Notes under the pieces: model-generated
Seen by the model: only the letters and a program-made list of their open reading frames with translations
Databases searched by the model: none
What the model was told of the DNA's origin: nothing
Shown here: in pieces, positions 37,860 to 50,360 of the stretch
Layout: every line of letters begins with the position of its first letter
How positions within the stretch are numbered: position 1 is the stretch's first letter
Origin: Rhizodiscina lignyota
Lineage: Eukaryota
Assembly (NCBI GenBank): GCA_010015805.1
Contig: ML978124.1
Location: forward strand, 1,240,001 to 1,304,000
DNA length: 64,000 nucleotides
Direction of reading: 5' to 3'
Program-made: the position numbers and the translations under genes

Positions 37860-40536
37860 ATGGTAGTAGAGGCGCTAGCTGCCGTGGGGCTAGCTGGAAA
37901 TATTGCTCAGTTCTTGGATGTCTTGACGAGGCTCATCCGTGGGACCCACGAAATATATACATCCGCCGACGGCTCTACAAGAGAAAATTCGCAGCTTGAT
38001 GAGATATCTGATTACGTATTGACTTTAAGCAGTCGGCTGGAATCGGACATTGAGTCAAAGCTGAAGCGCAGTCGAGCTGAACAGGAATTGATTGTACTTG
38101 CAAGAAGGAGTAAGGATGAAGCGGATAAACTTCGACTGAAGCTATCCAAGGTCAAACTAAGTCCTGGCGAAAGTAAGATGGGTAGCCTTGTTCAGTCATT
38201 CAAATGCGTCTGGAAGTCGACCGAATTTAAGGCTATGGCAAAAGAAGTGGACACTTGCAGGAAGCTTCTTGCGAATCAGATCCTTGATTTGATAAGGTAA
38301 TATTGCCCATCCTACCGGGACCATCTTCGCTCACTATGTCACTATCATAAGGGAGGACACTTCGACTATCCTGAAAGCCCTTAGAAACCTCAAAGATGAA
38401 GCCAAGGAAACCGATCGTGTTCGACAAACGCAATTCCAGGCTTTGGCAGACGATCTGCACTCGATACACTCGATAAAGTTGCGGGGGGACTCAAAGCCTG
38501 ATGAGCTTGAGTCGAAGGTAGCGTCTTCAGATTTTGCTATACTCAAAGATGTGCTAGAGGGCGTCGTGGAAACCGCTGCGAGAATGAGAAAAGAGCAACT
38601 GATTCTGGCACATTTGACTTTCGAGCAAATCAAAGCTAGGTATTCGAGGCTACCGGAAGCACATGCTAGAAGTTTCAGTTGGATCTTCCGGGAACGGACT
38701 GAAACCGATGAATACTCACCAAAGCCCAAAACCGGATTCACCGAATGGCTGAAAGGGCCCAATCTGAATGACCATTTCTACTGGATCTCAGGTAAGGCAG
38801 GCAGCGGGAAGTCAACTTTAATGAAATACATCTGCGAACATCCAGATACTGCGGAGCATCTACTCCTTTGGGCTGGACACTATCAGCTTCTCACTGCAAG
38901 CTTTTTCTTCTGGGATTCTGGAAGAGAAGCAGAGGTGGGTTCCCTATTACAACAGTCTCAAGAAGGCCTTCTACGGACGCTACTATTTGAAATCTTATCC
39001 AAATGTCCAAAGCTAATCTCGAAAACGCTGCCATTGAGGTGGGAAAGAGAGCACCAACTACCATGGACTGTTCTGGAGCTCCTGCAAGTCTTTAGAACTC
39101 TTGGAAATAACTTGGACTCTTCTTGCCGATTCTGCTTCTTCATTGATGGTCTGGATGAGTACAAGGGCGAACCAAGTGATCTCTTGGACGTTGTTTCACG
39201 GTTGGCAAACTGCGAAAATGTCAAGGTTTGCATCTCAAGTCGGCCCTGGCCGGTGTTCAAGGCAGCTTTCGAAAGTCTGGCCCATCGTCGACTATTCGTA
39301 CATGACTTAACGAGTGACGACATTGCGGCATACGTTCATGACAGGCTTGAGTCTAATTCTCTTTTTGTTCGAGCAAAGTGCGAAGATTCCAGATATCAAG
39401 CACTTGTGGACGAAATTGTAGAACGAGCTCAAGGAGTGTTCCTTTGGGTTTCCTTAGTGGTTCGGTCACTTCTCAACGGCATCACCAATGCAGACACAAT
39501 ACCAATCTTACAGCGAAGGCTAAGAGCTCTGCCAACGAGGCTACAATCTTTCTTTCAACATATGCTGGATTCGATAGATGACGTATACCAAGTTCAGATG
39601 GCTCAAACTTTCCAAGTTGCAACTGGTGGGCAAACTCAATTACCTCTATTCCTCTATTATATGATAGACGAGCTAGACGAGGACCCTCGATATACTATCA
39701 ACTTGCCAGCTCAGACTCCGGGAATATTGCCAAAGCGTGGCCATAATGGCTCTGACCTGACAAGTCTGCCAGAAGAAATTATCTTGGCGGAACAAAAGAT
39801 GGCTACTCGGCTTGAAGCTCGCTGCAAAGGGCTGCTTGAGGTTTCGACCCATTCTGGGCACAATCGATTTCCACTCAAGAAAGTCGATTTCTTGCATCGT
39901 ACCGTCAAAGACTTTCTGAAGTCTAAGAAGATATCAGAAGAGCTGCAGGAAAAATCTGGTGATCATTTTCAACCAGATAGCGCCATTTGCCGTGCTTTTC
40001 TCGGGGTTATCAAACAACTTCCATTTGAGGCAGATGAGCATCAGGATCGAGGCTACCTTTTAAGTTTGATCGACGACTTCCTGTACTACGCTCGTAGAAG
40101 CGAGGAAAATACAGCTGACCTCATTCACGAGGCCATCAGGGAGCTTGAGCGAAACTTGATCAGCAGATATCCGGCTAGAGATCGGACCCATTGGGCGTCG
40201 AAGAGACCACATGTAGAGCGAATCCACGGAGTCTTATTGCAATCCGCCAAAGCTAATTCGGTATTTGAACTTTGTGTTCAGTACGGACTTATAGCTTATG
40301 TAAAGAGGCGGATAGCAGAGGATCCTTCACTCTTGACACGCGTCTGGCGAAAGCCGCTCTTGTCTCACGCAGATCATCCGTCGATCACAACCAAGTATCC
40401 TACTGTTGACTCAAAGCGCATGGTTCAACTCCTGGTTCAATGTCAACCTGAAGTAACAGACGCTGATTCTCATATTCAAGCCGACGCTATCGACGCAACT
40501 GTTACATCCGAGACGGATGGCTTCCATTGCTTGTGA
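37860..40536 (+). CDS. NACHT-domain (STAND/NLR-like) protein with fungal N-terminal helical domain and no C-terminal repeat array
   Basis: EALAAVGLAGNIAQF N-terminus, WISGKAGSGKSTLMK Walker A, FCFFIDGLDE Walker B, VCISSRPW, AQGVFLWV and VDFLHRTVKDFL. Intron 38297-38351. Confidence 0.9.
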
Positions 40537-41086
40537 ACAGATCGGTTCGAAGATTACACAACTTTGCTCAGATTTACAGTCATAACTCTGAATCGCTAGC
40601 AAGTATCCTTCTGGGTCAAGCCGAGCGAAACCATCGGGAGAGCATTTGCAAGACTGGATACATCTTCACCCGTCGTGAGAGAGAAAACTTTCTGCGCGGG
40701 TGTACATGTTGGTCTAACCAAGGCTATGCACTCACCCGCCTAGTTGTAGTTACACCGAAAGAAACGGTAATTGGCATCAAATTATGCAAATTTCCATTCT
40801 GGCGTAAGCAGCGTCTATCAGCGAAAATAGCATTACAACTCGCTAATGTACAGCCAGAAAATGAATACGGTGATCTCTCGTCTTTTAGGTTGCCCACCAC
40901 GGCCAGCATTCGCCGTTTTCCTGTACCTCCGTATGCCACTTGCCAAATAAGCCGATGGTCCGAGTTGGACTAAAATCTCCTGCAGCTTCCAAATTCGCAC
41001 GTAAACTAACAATGAGAGTCTATTTATTACAGTAATAGCACTCGATAGCTTCTTGATTGCTGAAGCTGATCTAAAAAATCGCAATG

Positions 41087-41706
41087 TTACGGCTTTTGGA
41101 TGTCGCTTTGCGACCAAATGCCGGGAACAACTGAACGTCGAAAGTCTTTGTGGGAAGCAGTATTGCTATTTGGACCAGCGCGTGACACCCGGGTGTATGA
41201 GCTGCGATACGAGGATCGGGCGGAGTATCGAACATATCTCTCGCATGTGTTGTGAGGTTTGGTAAGGGAGAAAGGCTCTAAGGGAACGCTCGAAGGATGT
41301 CGATCAGGAGGTGAAATTAGAGCTTCACAGGGCTCCGTTGGAGGGGCGTCGGAGCAGGTGCTAGCGCTTCCGTGGTAGTGTATCACTTGTTGATGAGAAA
41401 TCGAGTATCCAGCGAAGTTCACGCCTTTTCGCTGCGATGGCGCCTTCGTTAAACGCATTCGTACTCGTGTTGTACGGCAGTTTCCACATCGAATATGGCC
41501 ACAAGCAGGACATGCATCCGCGAGGATCGATATACGAGAACATCCGCATGTGCACTAGTGGCGTGTTAGCTTTCAAATGTATATACAGTGAGTAATGCTT
41601 CCCGTTTGCATACACATTCCCACACGTAGACGTGCTTTTTCTAAGAAGATAGAGTTAGCTTACATGGCTAATAGCCTACCAGCAAGAGTATATCACATAC
41701 AGGCAT
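41087..41706 (-). CDS. Zinc-ribbon-like microprotein, copy 4, with stop lost and ~120-aa C-terminal extension (5' end uncertain)
   Basis: ...MP (41706-41701), intron 41700-41641, exon 41640-41614 (KKHVYVWEC), intron 41613-41555, then CTCGCSRISILADACPACGHIRCGNCRTTRVRMR reading on into ORF 41087..41458. Confidence 0.7.
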
Positions 41707-43269
41707 CGTGTGGTGGCCCCAGAATTTGCTGCCGCTGCAATTCGTTCGATTCGGCCCCCTTACGAGAACCAGAGGGGATAGAGTCTGGAATTTTCTGGAG
41801 ATATCGCGATCCCATTGCCACACGAGACCAATAATATATTGGGCCGTCCTTTGTTTGTGTCTGCTCTCGCAAACGCGTTCTCCGAGTTACGTGACGTACC
41901 GATAGCAAACGACCAGGCCGGAATACGCACAAGCAATCTTGGAATGTTTATGAGAGAGTTGGTTTGCAGTAGCAGTAACAAGCGAGTGAATTCTCAAAGG
42001 AGTGGAATTTCGGACACGTAACAAAAACAAATTCAAACGCGCCGCCAGCTCCTCAGCTCGATCAATTATCGTACATATCTAGTTGAGATGACATTAAGAG
42101 ATGCGAGGGTAGATATCGGGCAATGAAGAGCGGTTGGTCCTTTGTGTTCGTGCCTGGTGAAAAGAGAGGCTGATCGTTTTGAAGCAAACTTATGTTTTCA
42201 TCGTACCAGGGCGCGGACGCGCGGAAAAAGCCGTGACGCGTTGACAAACTTTGTAGGTCCGGCAAAATTTCCGCCGAATCCAATTGGACGAGCATCCCGG
42301 CAGTCTAGTCCCCAACTAAACAAGGGCTTCGAAAGGCAGCCAAAGAGCCGTGCACAAAGAAATTGTCGGCCCACAAGGTGGTCGAGCCACGGCATAGGTA
42401 GAGGAAGTTGTGTTACTCCTTAAGGTGGTCAGCTCTGCAAGTTTTGACGGTCAGGCAGTGTCGGAGCACGAAAAAGTACAAGGAGATGCATATGGAGTGG
42501 ATTGATTAAGGAGAGAAATGATAGATCTACTGTACGAGAAGAAAGAAAAGCTATACATAATGTATCGTGCACTGCTGACGTCGGTGGCGCTATACCTAAC
42601 ACCTCCTGACAAGCAGTGAGGACTTAGGAACAGTCGGTTCGAGCTGGGGTTATTAACTTTTTGGAGATCGAGCAGCCACGAAATGCAGAAGATCGCGTTC
42701 GAAGAGCGCAACATTGAGGTCGCAAGTGAGTTGAAATATGCGGCATGCTCTTTAATGTTTTTCACCTGAGATGTAGCTTGCTGGGACTCCCTTCGTATTG
42801 AGCGCGTGGACTGCATGGCTTTTGCATGGCGGTGCTCATCAGGTTGTCACGATGAGTGAATTGGAAGCAGAACCTCCTGTCGATTGCAGCTCCGTCATGC
42901 CCCACATCGGTTGTGCGAATCACTACTCCGTATATGGAGAAGTGCTCCCTACAGAGCAGTGACAAACTTCGGGAAACTTTGTATATACCTACACTTTGAC
43001 CACATGGCAGCATGCATCCGAAAGATAGGCGGGAATACCAGCCACTCGGTTCTCCATCAATTTGCCATCCTGTTGCTCTTTTCATGCTTCTTCCCCTTTT
43101 TTGCTCTTCTTTATGGATCTTGGCTTTTGAGTTCTCCCTTAGAGTCAGTGACATTGAGGATTTTCTATTTGAGGCGGCAATCCGATCGGCGTAACATCTT
43201 AACGGGTGCTTCCCAGCGAACCTTGGAAGGCTCTTCGGAACTTAGTTAAGTAGAGAACTCGGTTGGTGA

Positions 43270-45360
43270 TTCATTGGAATATCGGGTATCGGCACGAGGC
43301 CTTCTCCTTCCGGCCGGTGGTCGCTGGCGACGACAGGTGCGACACAACCTGAAACAGGATTTGGTCAGTCAACTTCCACAACTCGTTCGTAAGCCAAGCA
43401 GCACCCTGTTCCATAGACTTCCTTTCTTCGGTTTTCTTCGGTTTTCTTCATGGCATCGAGAACTGGTTTTATCATTGCTGCTATGACGACGATGGCAATG
43501 AGGAGAGATTTGAAGTTCACCCTGAACCGTAAAACTTTCTACGGTATGTAGAAATATGCGGTAGCAAAGGGGAAAGGCAGCGATAATCTGAAAGCTGTTA
43601 GATGTGCGCAAGATGACATTATTTACGGATTCGTAACCATGCCGAGATCATAAATTCTGTAGCCACTTCATTGTGTTGAATTTCTTCGACGCTTCGGAGG
43701 GTCAAAGCTGAACCTGCGCCTGCTAGCAGCTGCTCAGCTCATTCTGCGGCAGAAGTACGGAAAGCGGAGACGTCACCTTACTCACGGTTAGACCAATCTC
43801 TCGCAAGACGCGTTTAGATGAAGCAATCCCTGCAGGTGGTGAAAGGGTTTCAAAGTTTTGATTGTCTCTTAGATGGTTGGAAGGATCAGCCAGTTGCGAC
43901 TATCGCGTTCCTGAGAAAATTCGATGTCGGAGAATAGTCAATATCCCCATCGTCAGAACCAACCTCTTCCAAGCCCAGATTGTTGCCGAGAGTGAATCCA
44001 GCAGCCTGTTGAATATATACATGGTTGTGAGGTCCAATCGAGGTTTTTCTTAAGTCTTTCTGCTCCGTCACCCGCAGATCTCGGACCCTCGCGAAAACAG
44101 AGGAAGGACGACACGTCTGATCGGTTCATGATCCGTTGCCTCACCGCAATCATCCATATAATCATTGTTACGGGCGAAGCCTAGCAAAAAAAATGAAAGA
44201 CGAACATGCATCCAAGTCCCGTATAATACTGTGCTCTACAGTTGAAACAAAGCCCTCCAACTTCTTTTGCAATTGAGCGCTTCGTGACTTCAAGACTGTA
44301 AGATAGTACTTTCGCGGATCGGTTATGGGAACGTTTGCATCGATAATATCCTCTGATTCGTCCTAGGCTATAGGATCAATCTTAATACCATCGCATGAGT
44401 TGTTTTCATCTTCCGAGTCTTCATCTTCGAAGATTTCGCCCTCAACATTCGTGTCATAGAAGGCGTAGGCGACCAACCGCGAGCTGTCCGATCCACATAT
44501 GACAAAGGAAAACTGGGCTTCGTACATGTAGTAACTTCCATGATAAGAACCGAAAGGTCTACTGGTCGCCTTCCCAGCTTAGTTTGACTCTGCTTAGACG
44601 ACGAGCACTGTCGTAGCGCACAGAACGGAGGATTGGGGCCCAAATGAAACATAGTGTGTCCTTTTGCTTAGTGCTTTATTAGAGTCCGAGACAGTGACAG
44701 TTCGTATTACAGAAATTGTATGGACTTGCCGAGATTTTTGCACAAATAGACGGCTCACGAATCAAACGTTTGCCGATAGCATCCCTTGATGGCGGTGTTT
44801 GCCAGCAAGTGCTCGAACATAATAAGGATCCAAGTCCCGTGTGTATGTAATAATGGTTAGTCATGACTGATCTTGAAATTGAAAAGTTATGGATACAACT
44901 TGCATTAGCCGTCTATCCGTAACCGATATATTCGCATTACTGAACCGTTGTGACAAGTCGAGTTCGCTTTAAGAGAGTCTTCAAGACCGGAACCATAATT
45001 CGCTCTATACTGGTAATTTCAGAAAGTAGTAGAGCTTCGTTGTGCTGAGCGAGTCTTCATGCGCCTCGGAAGCGACGGTGTCAGCCAGATCGTCGTGTGC
45101 CCTATCATCAAACTATTGCACTGTGCTCCTTTCCTGCCGTACCAGTCCCGACTTGAGATCATGGAGTCCAGCGTTCTGGCAGGAGAATTCCACATCTGCA
45201 ACCCCACGCGAAGGCCCTGAGTCCGCAAAGACTTTCTCTCTCCGAAGTCTGCGTCAAGCTCTTTTCCCTTGAAATCGATGTAGCAAGGGATCTCTATGAT
45301 TTTCCGGCCCGCTAAAAAGATCGGATCCTATGCTCTGGCGAGGAGGTCTGTTCTCCTTTT
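43270..45360 (-). pseudogene. Pseudogenised paralogue of the CorA-like gene at 34334-36552 (ends approximate)
   Basis: YEAQFSFVICGSDSSRLVAYAFYDT...DPIA*DE...DANVPITDPRKYYLTVLKSR aligns with the intact copy. TGG->TAG at 44363-44365. NSFQIIAAF segment near 43600 is followed by a frameshift. Confidence 0.8.
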
Positions 45361-46240
45361 GGTGCCCATTATCTATTGGTGTCCCTAGAATTGATATCGT
45401 ACCGATATATGATGCGCAGAGCGGATCATGATTAGTAACTGCACAAGAATCAGTCTAGTCCTGATATTGAAACGAAAGCGTCAATATATCGTAGGTGCCC
45501 TGGTATTAAAAGAATTTTTTTTGTTTGGGGTGGGGGGGTTCTCGAGGCTTTGACGGCGAAGGGACTTGAAAGGAAACCGGCATACTAGCAAATAATAATT
45601 TGGAATTCCATCATTAAAACCAGAAATTCGCTTGGAGCGTATTCGTCAAAACTAGTGTGAGACAGTAAAAAGAGGTGATAACAGTTCGTTCAGGCAAACG
45701 ACCGAAGGAAACAAGGCAATCGATTGCAAAATTACCCTAGCTCGTAAGCAACCGCCACGTAGCTAAGCATGGTGGGCAATGCTGGTGCGAGGAACGCGGT
45801 TGGACACTTCGTCCGCAAGGCGTTCTTTACATTTGCCATCTCATCTGGGGTAAGCTTTTGTATACAGCAGTGGCGTTTTGTCCGAAAACTGTTGAATCAT
45901 TCAGCTCTTCACACGCGTTATTTAGTGCGGGGAAGAAAAGAGACAAGGATAGTCGTAGGATGGAACAGTTTTGAATGTAAGCAGTATTCTGTGCTTTGCG
46001 AAACAGGTACAAACGTTTCTGGGCAACCAACCTCCGGGGAGGTCTCAATGTCTTGCAGGTGAAGGAAAGCGAACGTGTCCAGCTGGGAGTGCTTATCGAT
46101 CACGACTCGGATTTGTTCCACTACTGGCCTCGAGTAACCTCGGAATTATTAGGCCTCTCCACGTTTCTCGTGACTTCGCTGTCGTAATGCGGCTCTGGTA
46201 CCAACTACACAGCCTCGAGAATTTGCCAACTCAGCTCGAT

Positions 46241-46554
46241 TTATCGAACCTTCACCTTTGTGATCTCGCAGTCCTCGCGTCTGGTACGGCCACATCCTGG
46301 ACATGCATCGAAGAGTATGCTGGTTCCTGCGTTTGCGCGCGCTGTATTTCGGGTAGGGTCAGGCGCCGTTCCACATAACCTACGCATTGCCATATATACA
46401 CATATTATTTTCTGAGCGCAGTTAGCATTGCAACTCCAAAGTTAGATGGACATGAGTTTATGTACATACGCCAGCTCCAGAGGGTTCGGTGTGAGTAAGC
46501 TTTCTACCTCCGGCAACTGGCCATATCATTGATCAATTGGAGTCTCTCTGGAGT
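46241..46554 (-). pseudogene. Zinc-ribbon-like microprotein, copy 5 (disrupted)
   Basis: Exon 46411-46384 reads K*YVYIWQC (TAA at 46405-46407). The last exon 46341-46241 is 101 nt rather than 105: ..ANAGTSILFDACPGCGRTRREDCEITKVKVR*. Confidence 0.75.
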
Positions 46555-47939
46555 CTGAAATTAGTGAGAGTGAGATTGGGGGGAATTCATTTGCGTTTCT
46601 GATTATGATCCAGTCCGGAGAGAAGATTTCAAAGTGGCGGCAGCAGCCATGTAGCGAAAAGTGTAGAGCGAAAGAGTCGTCGATTGAGTCTACTAGCTAA
46701 GGCGGGCTGAACCAAACGGCGCTAAACCAAGCACGTGATACCTGTTCGAGTCCGGATGACAAAAAGGGTACCTTGGTACAACTTAGCAACGCAACAAGCC
46801 GGACCAGATTGGCCATTGCTCCGCTTTTTACTCTGCTGGCACCCGTGGCACTCGTTACATGTTTACCTACTAAGTTAGGGCAAAGTGTGTTTCTCTATGC
46901 TTTAGCCTTATCCAGTAAGCTAGAAATATCCTATGTGAAAAAGGGGTGAACTCTAAAATCCTGTTTTGAAAGGTTGGTCTGTTCTGCCTGTCGTACTCCG
47001 AAAATCGACATGCACCTACCCGCATATTGATATTGAGATAGCGACCGCAAGGATCTTACCTAATTTTGCTTAAAATCCACAATGGCTTCACCAGTTTTGC
47101 CCATTTTGTGGGGATTAGTGAGAGATGGAAGTCATTGCATTTACTTCGATCTGCTTGCATTTCACTATCAAAGCTGCGCTAAGAACTAATACAGTTGTAA
47201 CTCATCGGTCTCTACAATAGCAACCACTCCTTTCAAATGGCCCGAAATCGGATTCAAGCTGTGGCTAAACTTTGGCTACACTCTTGGAAACTTCGTACGA
47301 ATAATTTTATATTAGTCGTTCGGTGAATTTGAAATGTTGATTACCTTGTTATTAGCGATGTGTCTACGTATGGGCGTGCGTATGTTGACACCTCAAGCCT
47401 ATCTAACTTTCGTCACATTTGGAACTTAACAATTATCGAGTAGTGTAGCTGCGGCCAGCCAGCAATAAAGATTAGAGACGAATCCTGTCGTGTTTCCAGC
47501 TACTATCCGTGCTCAAATTGCCCGACTACGAGAGTGCAGATAAAGACGACCCAGGGAGAACGATGCTGTAATATAACGCATGAATGACAGGCCAACTCTT
47601 GTACAGAAGCAAAGTCAATGATAGTATATTCTTCAGTCGCATCTGACTGCATTGCAAGGATTGAAGGAGGCAGTGCAAATCTTGAGAAGGATCTCTTTGG
47701 CATATACAGTAGTAGTGCTCCGAACGAGCGTCATCGAAGCGACCAAGCATCTGGTTTCTACTAAAAAAAAACTAAAACTATTGCAGTCAACATTCCAACA
47801 AGTTCCCAAAGTCAACCTGCTAACCCAAAGGCTTGGGTTTTGATATTATCTGCTTCAAAATGCGGAGGTCGCAAGGCGCAATAGCAATGAATTTTCCGAG
47901 ATGCAAATTCCATCTGCAGGCTGGCCTCATCATCAAAAC

Positions 47940-49305
47940 CTAGTTTGCGGTGCTCACGCTCTCCTTGCGTTTCTTCGCCTTTTTGCTTTTCTTTGGCGAT
48001 TTGAGTTTTGGCGCCTCGTTTTCAGAATCCGTACCCTTCAAGTTTTCTGCTTGTGGTGATTCACCGTTTGTCTGGCTGATTCGACGGGGCGTTTCAAGCG
48101 ACTCTTCTCGAATGGTTTTTGTATGCTCTTCAGAAGACATTCCTGCAGAGAACTCCGTTGGTGTCTCATCAATGGCGGGTTCTTCCAAATGACGGACAGC
48201 GGTGTCGAACCCATTTTCAATCGTGTAAGACTCATTTGTCTAAAGCAGATCAGTCCCATTTGTTTAGTGTGGTGTCTCATACGTACTCCTGGCCGTAAGC
48301 TGAGCGTGAACCCATCCCCATTCTTCGTTCCGTTATGGAGGCCAGAATTGATCGTCAACATTGTTGCTGATTCTTTTCGAGGCTCTTGGTCGTGAATGGT
48401 TGCTTTGGCACGGTTAGTATCCACTTCAAGCCGTCCCTCTGCAAGATTTTTACGCCGATCTTACCGTTCTTGATTCCATCACCGTTCGTAATATCATTAC
48501 CCTTCACAATTCCGTTCTTCTCTCGAGGCTGCTCAACGGTCGGCTCCTCAACATTTGCATGAGCTGCAGCAAGACTCCTGACTTTGACCATCTGCTCTTT
48601 GTACATCTCTGCGACAGCCTTGAACACAGCTCTGTCAAAAACCGCATTCCTCCCAATAACAGCGGGGAGTCGGCCTTCTATGATGATGGTATCGTCGGCC
48701 ACCAATTTGGTTTTGATCCACTTTCCGACCTGTTCCTGAAACCAGGACTCATTCGGCGGCAGCTTCGGGGACACATCTTCAACAACCAGTTGTATGTCAA
48801 AGACGGAAAGTTTTGCGCTCAAATCGTTCATCCTTTCTTTCGCCATCTCTTCCAAGCGTCCCAGGTCACAGAGCAGTGCTGCGCAATAAGCCTGCACGCT
48901 CCTTTTGAACTCCGTAGTGGTTCTCGAGTCATCCGGAAGGTCATCCAAGCCGAAGATGTCATAGCCGCCAGTGCTGACGAAATGGCAGAGTGTATGGCCA
49001 GCATCTTCATCGACATCAGATAAATCGATCGGTTGGTTGGCAGGGACAGCGTCAATCCTCCGCTTGAGACCCAGGTGCCTTATGGCATTTGCATGATGGA
49101 GTGAGTATGGTGCGCCGTTTGGACCAATGTGAAATGTCAGCGATGGAGAAGCATATGGACTACACGGATGGAATCAGTATTTGTTTGAGGTACGGAAGGT
49201 CTCCGTCAGGGAAATTTACGAGATGGTAGAAGGACTATGCACTTGCTCAGGCACCTGCTCTGCGCCAGTCTTTTGGCCCTCTTTGAGCTTTACGTCGGTA
49301 GCCAT
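47940..49305 (-). CDS. Degenerate BTB/POZ-like domain protein with acidic tail and Lys-rich C-terminus, 3 introns
   Basis: PYASPSLTFHIG...IDLSDVDEDAGHTLCHFVSTGGY...EFKRSVQAYCAA is the fungal degenerate-BTB pattern. The track ORFs are joined by introns, including a 62-nt GTAAGA...TACTAAC...AAG intron. Confidence 0.75.
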
Positions 49306-49855
49306 GATTGTGGACCAATTGAACAAATAATGGTTGCTGCATCCGCTCAGAGAGATATGGAAAAGCGACAGCAGTTGAAGGAAAACGGAAGATCGCTGGC
49401 ATTTACTGAGGCACACGACAACTATTCCTTTTAACAATCATAAATGCGGGGAATCACGTTGTCAGAAACTCAGAAGTGTGGAAGAGCCTCAAAATCCGAA
49501 CGGGGCGTAAAGTCTGGATGCCGCCCTCGACGTGGTGAAGCTCAATTGGCGCTCGTAGCTGCAACGCCAACAAACCACCAGGCTCACCGGTCGGGCCAAC
49601 CCAAGCACCTGGGAATTCGACCATCATAGCTATCACCTACGAGAATTCTGATATGCAGAGATGACGGGAGCGCACATGCAGAATACTGCTTGAGGCGATG
49701 TGAACGTGTGGGAGGTTGCCTTGTGACGAGATCGGTGTGCCTGCGTGGTCAATGGCCAATTCATTTGGCGATCGTACTAGGCATGACATGTCACGCATTA
49801 GACACTGCTGGGTTTGCCCCGGCCTGTATGTAGGTTAACTGCCGCCGATGTTGTT

Positions 49856-50360
49856 GCTCGGTGAAGCCTGATGGTTGAAAAGGCAGAGCATGACGAATTT
49901 GCCTCTTCAGCACCAGCGAGAGCTGCACTGAAAGCTTGCTTTGTTCTGCGGGAGATGATGGTTATTGAGAACACGCTGCATTAATGAACACAGTCCATCT
50001 TTGCTTCAGAGCGGCGTTGAGCTCGACGAAGCCTGAAGGTCGGAAGGCTCGAAGGAAGGCTCGAACATGGGCTAGTTTGCCTCTTCGGGACCAGTGGGAG
50101 CCTCTCCGACAGCTTGCGTTGCTCTGCTGTAGACAGTGTTTACTAAGAACACGTTGCATCAATGAACACAGTCTATTTATGCTCCAGAGGGTCCTTGAGC
50201 TCGGTGAAGCAGGAAGGTTGGAAGGTCGGAAGGATGGAGCATGAACAAGTTCGGCACTCCAACGCCAGCGAGAGTACCCCCGAAATCCGGATTCGCTTCG
50301 CTTCAAACGGTGTTTATTGAGAACACGCTGCATCAATAAACACAGTTTGTGTTTGCTTCA
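49856..50360. repeat. Degenerate tandem repeat, ~177-bp unit, ~3 copies
   Basis: ttattgagaacacgctgcat.aat.aacacagt at ~49962, ~50139 and ~50314. gctcg..gaagc..ga.ggt at ~49856, ~50021 and ~50199. Confidence 0.8.

Noticed and set aside
46701..46760. tRNA-like GTTCGAGTCC motif
   Set aside because: Isolated B-box-like match with no cloverleaf and no clear A-box.
49856..50360. CRISPR-like array
   Set aside because: Eukaryotic context, degenerate repeats, mutually similar intervening sequences and no cas genes.
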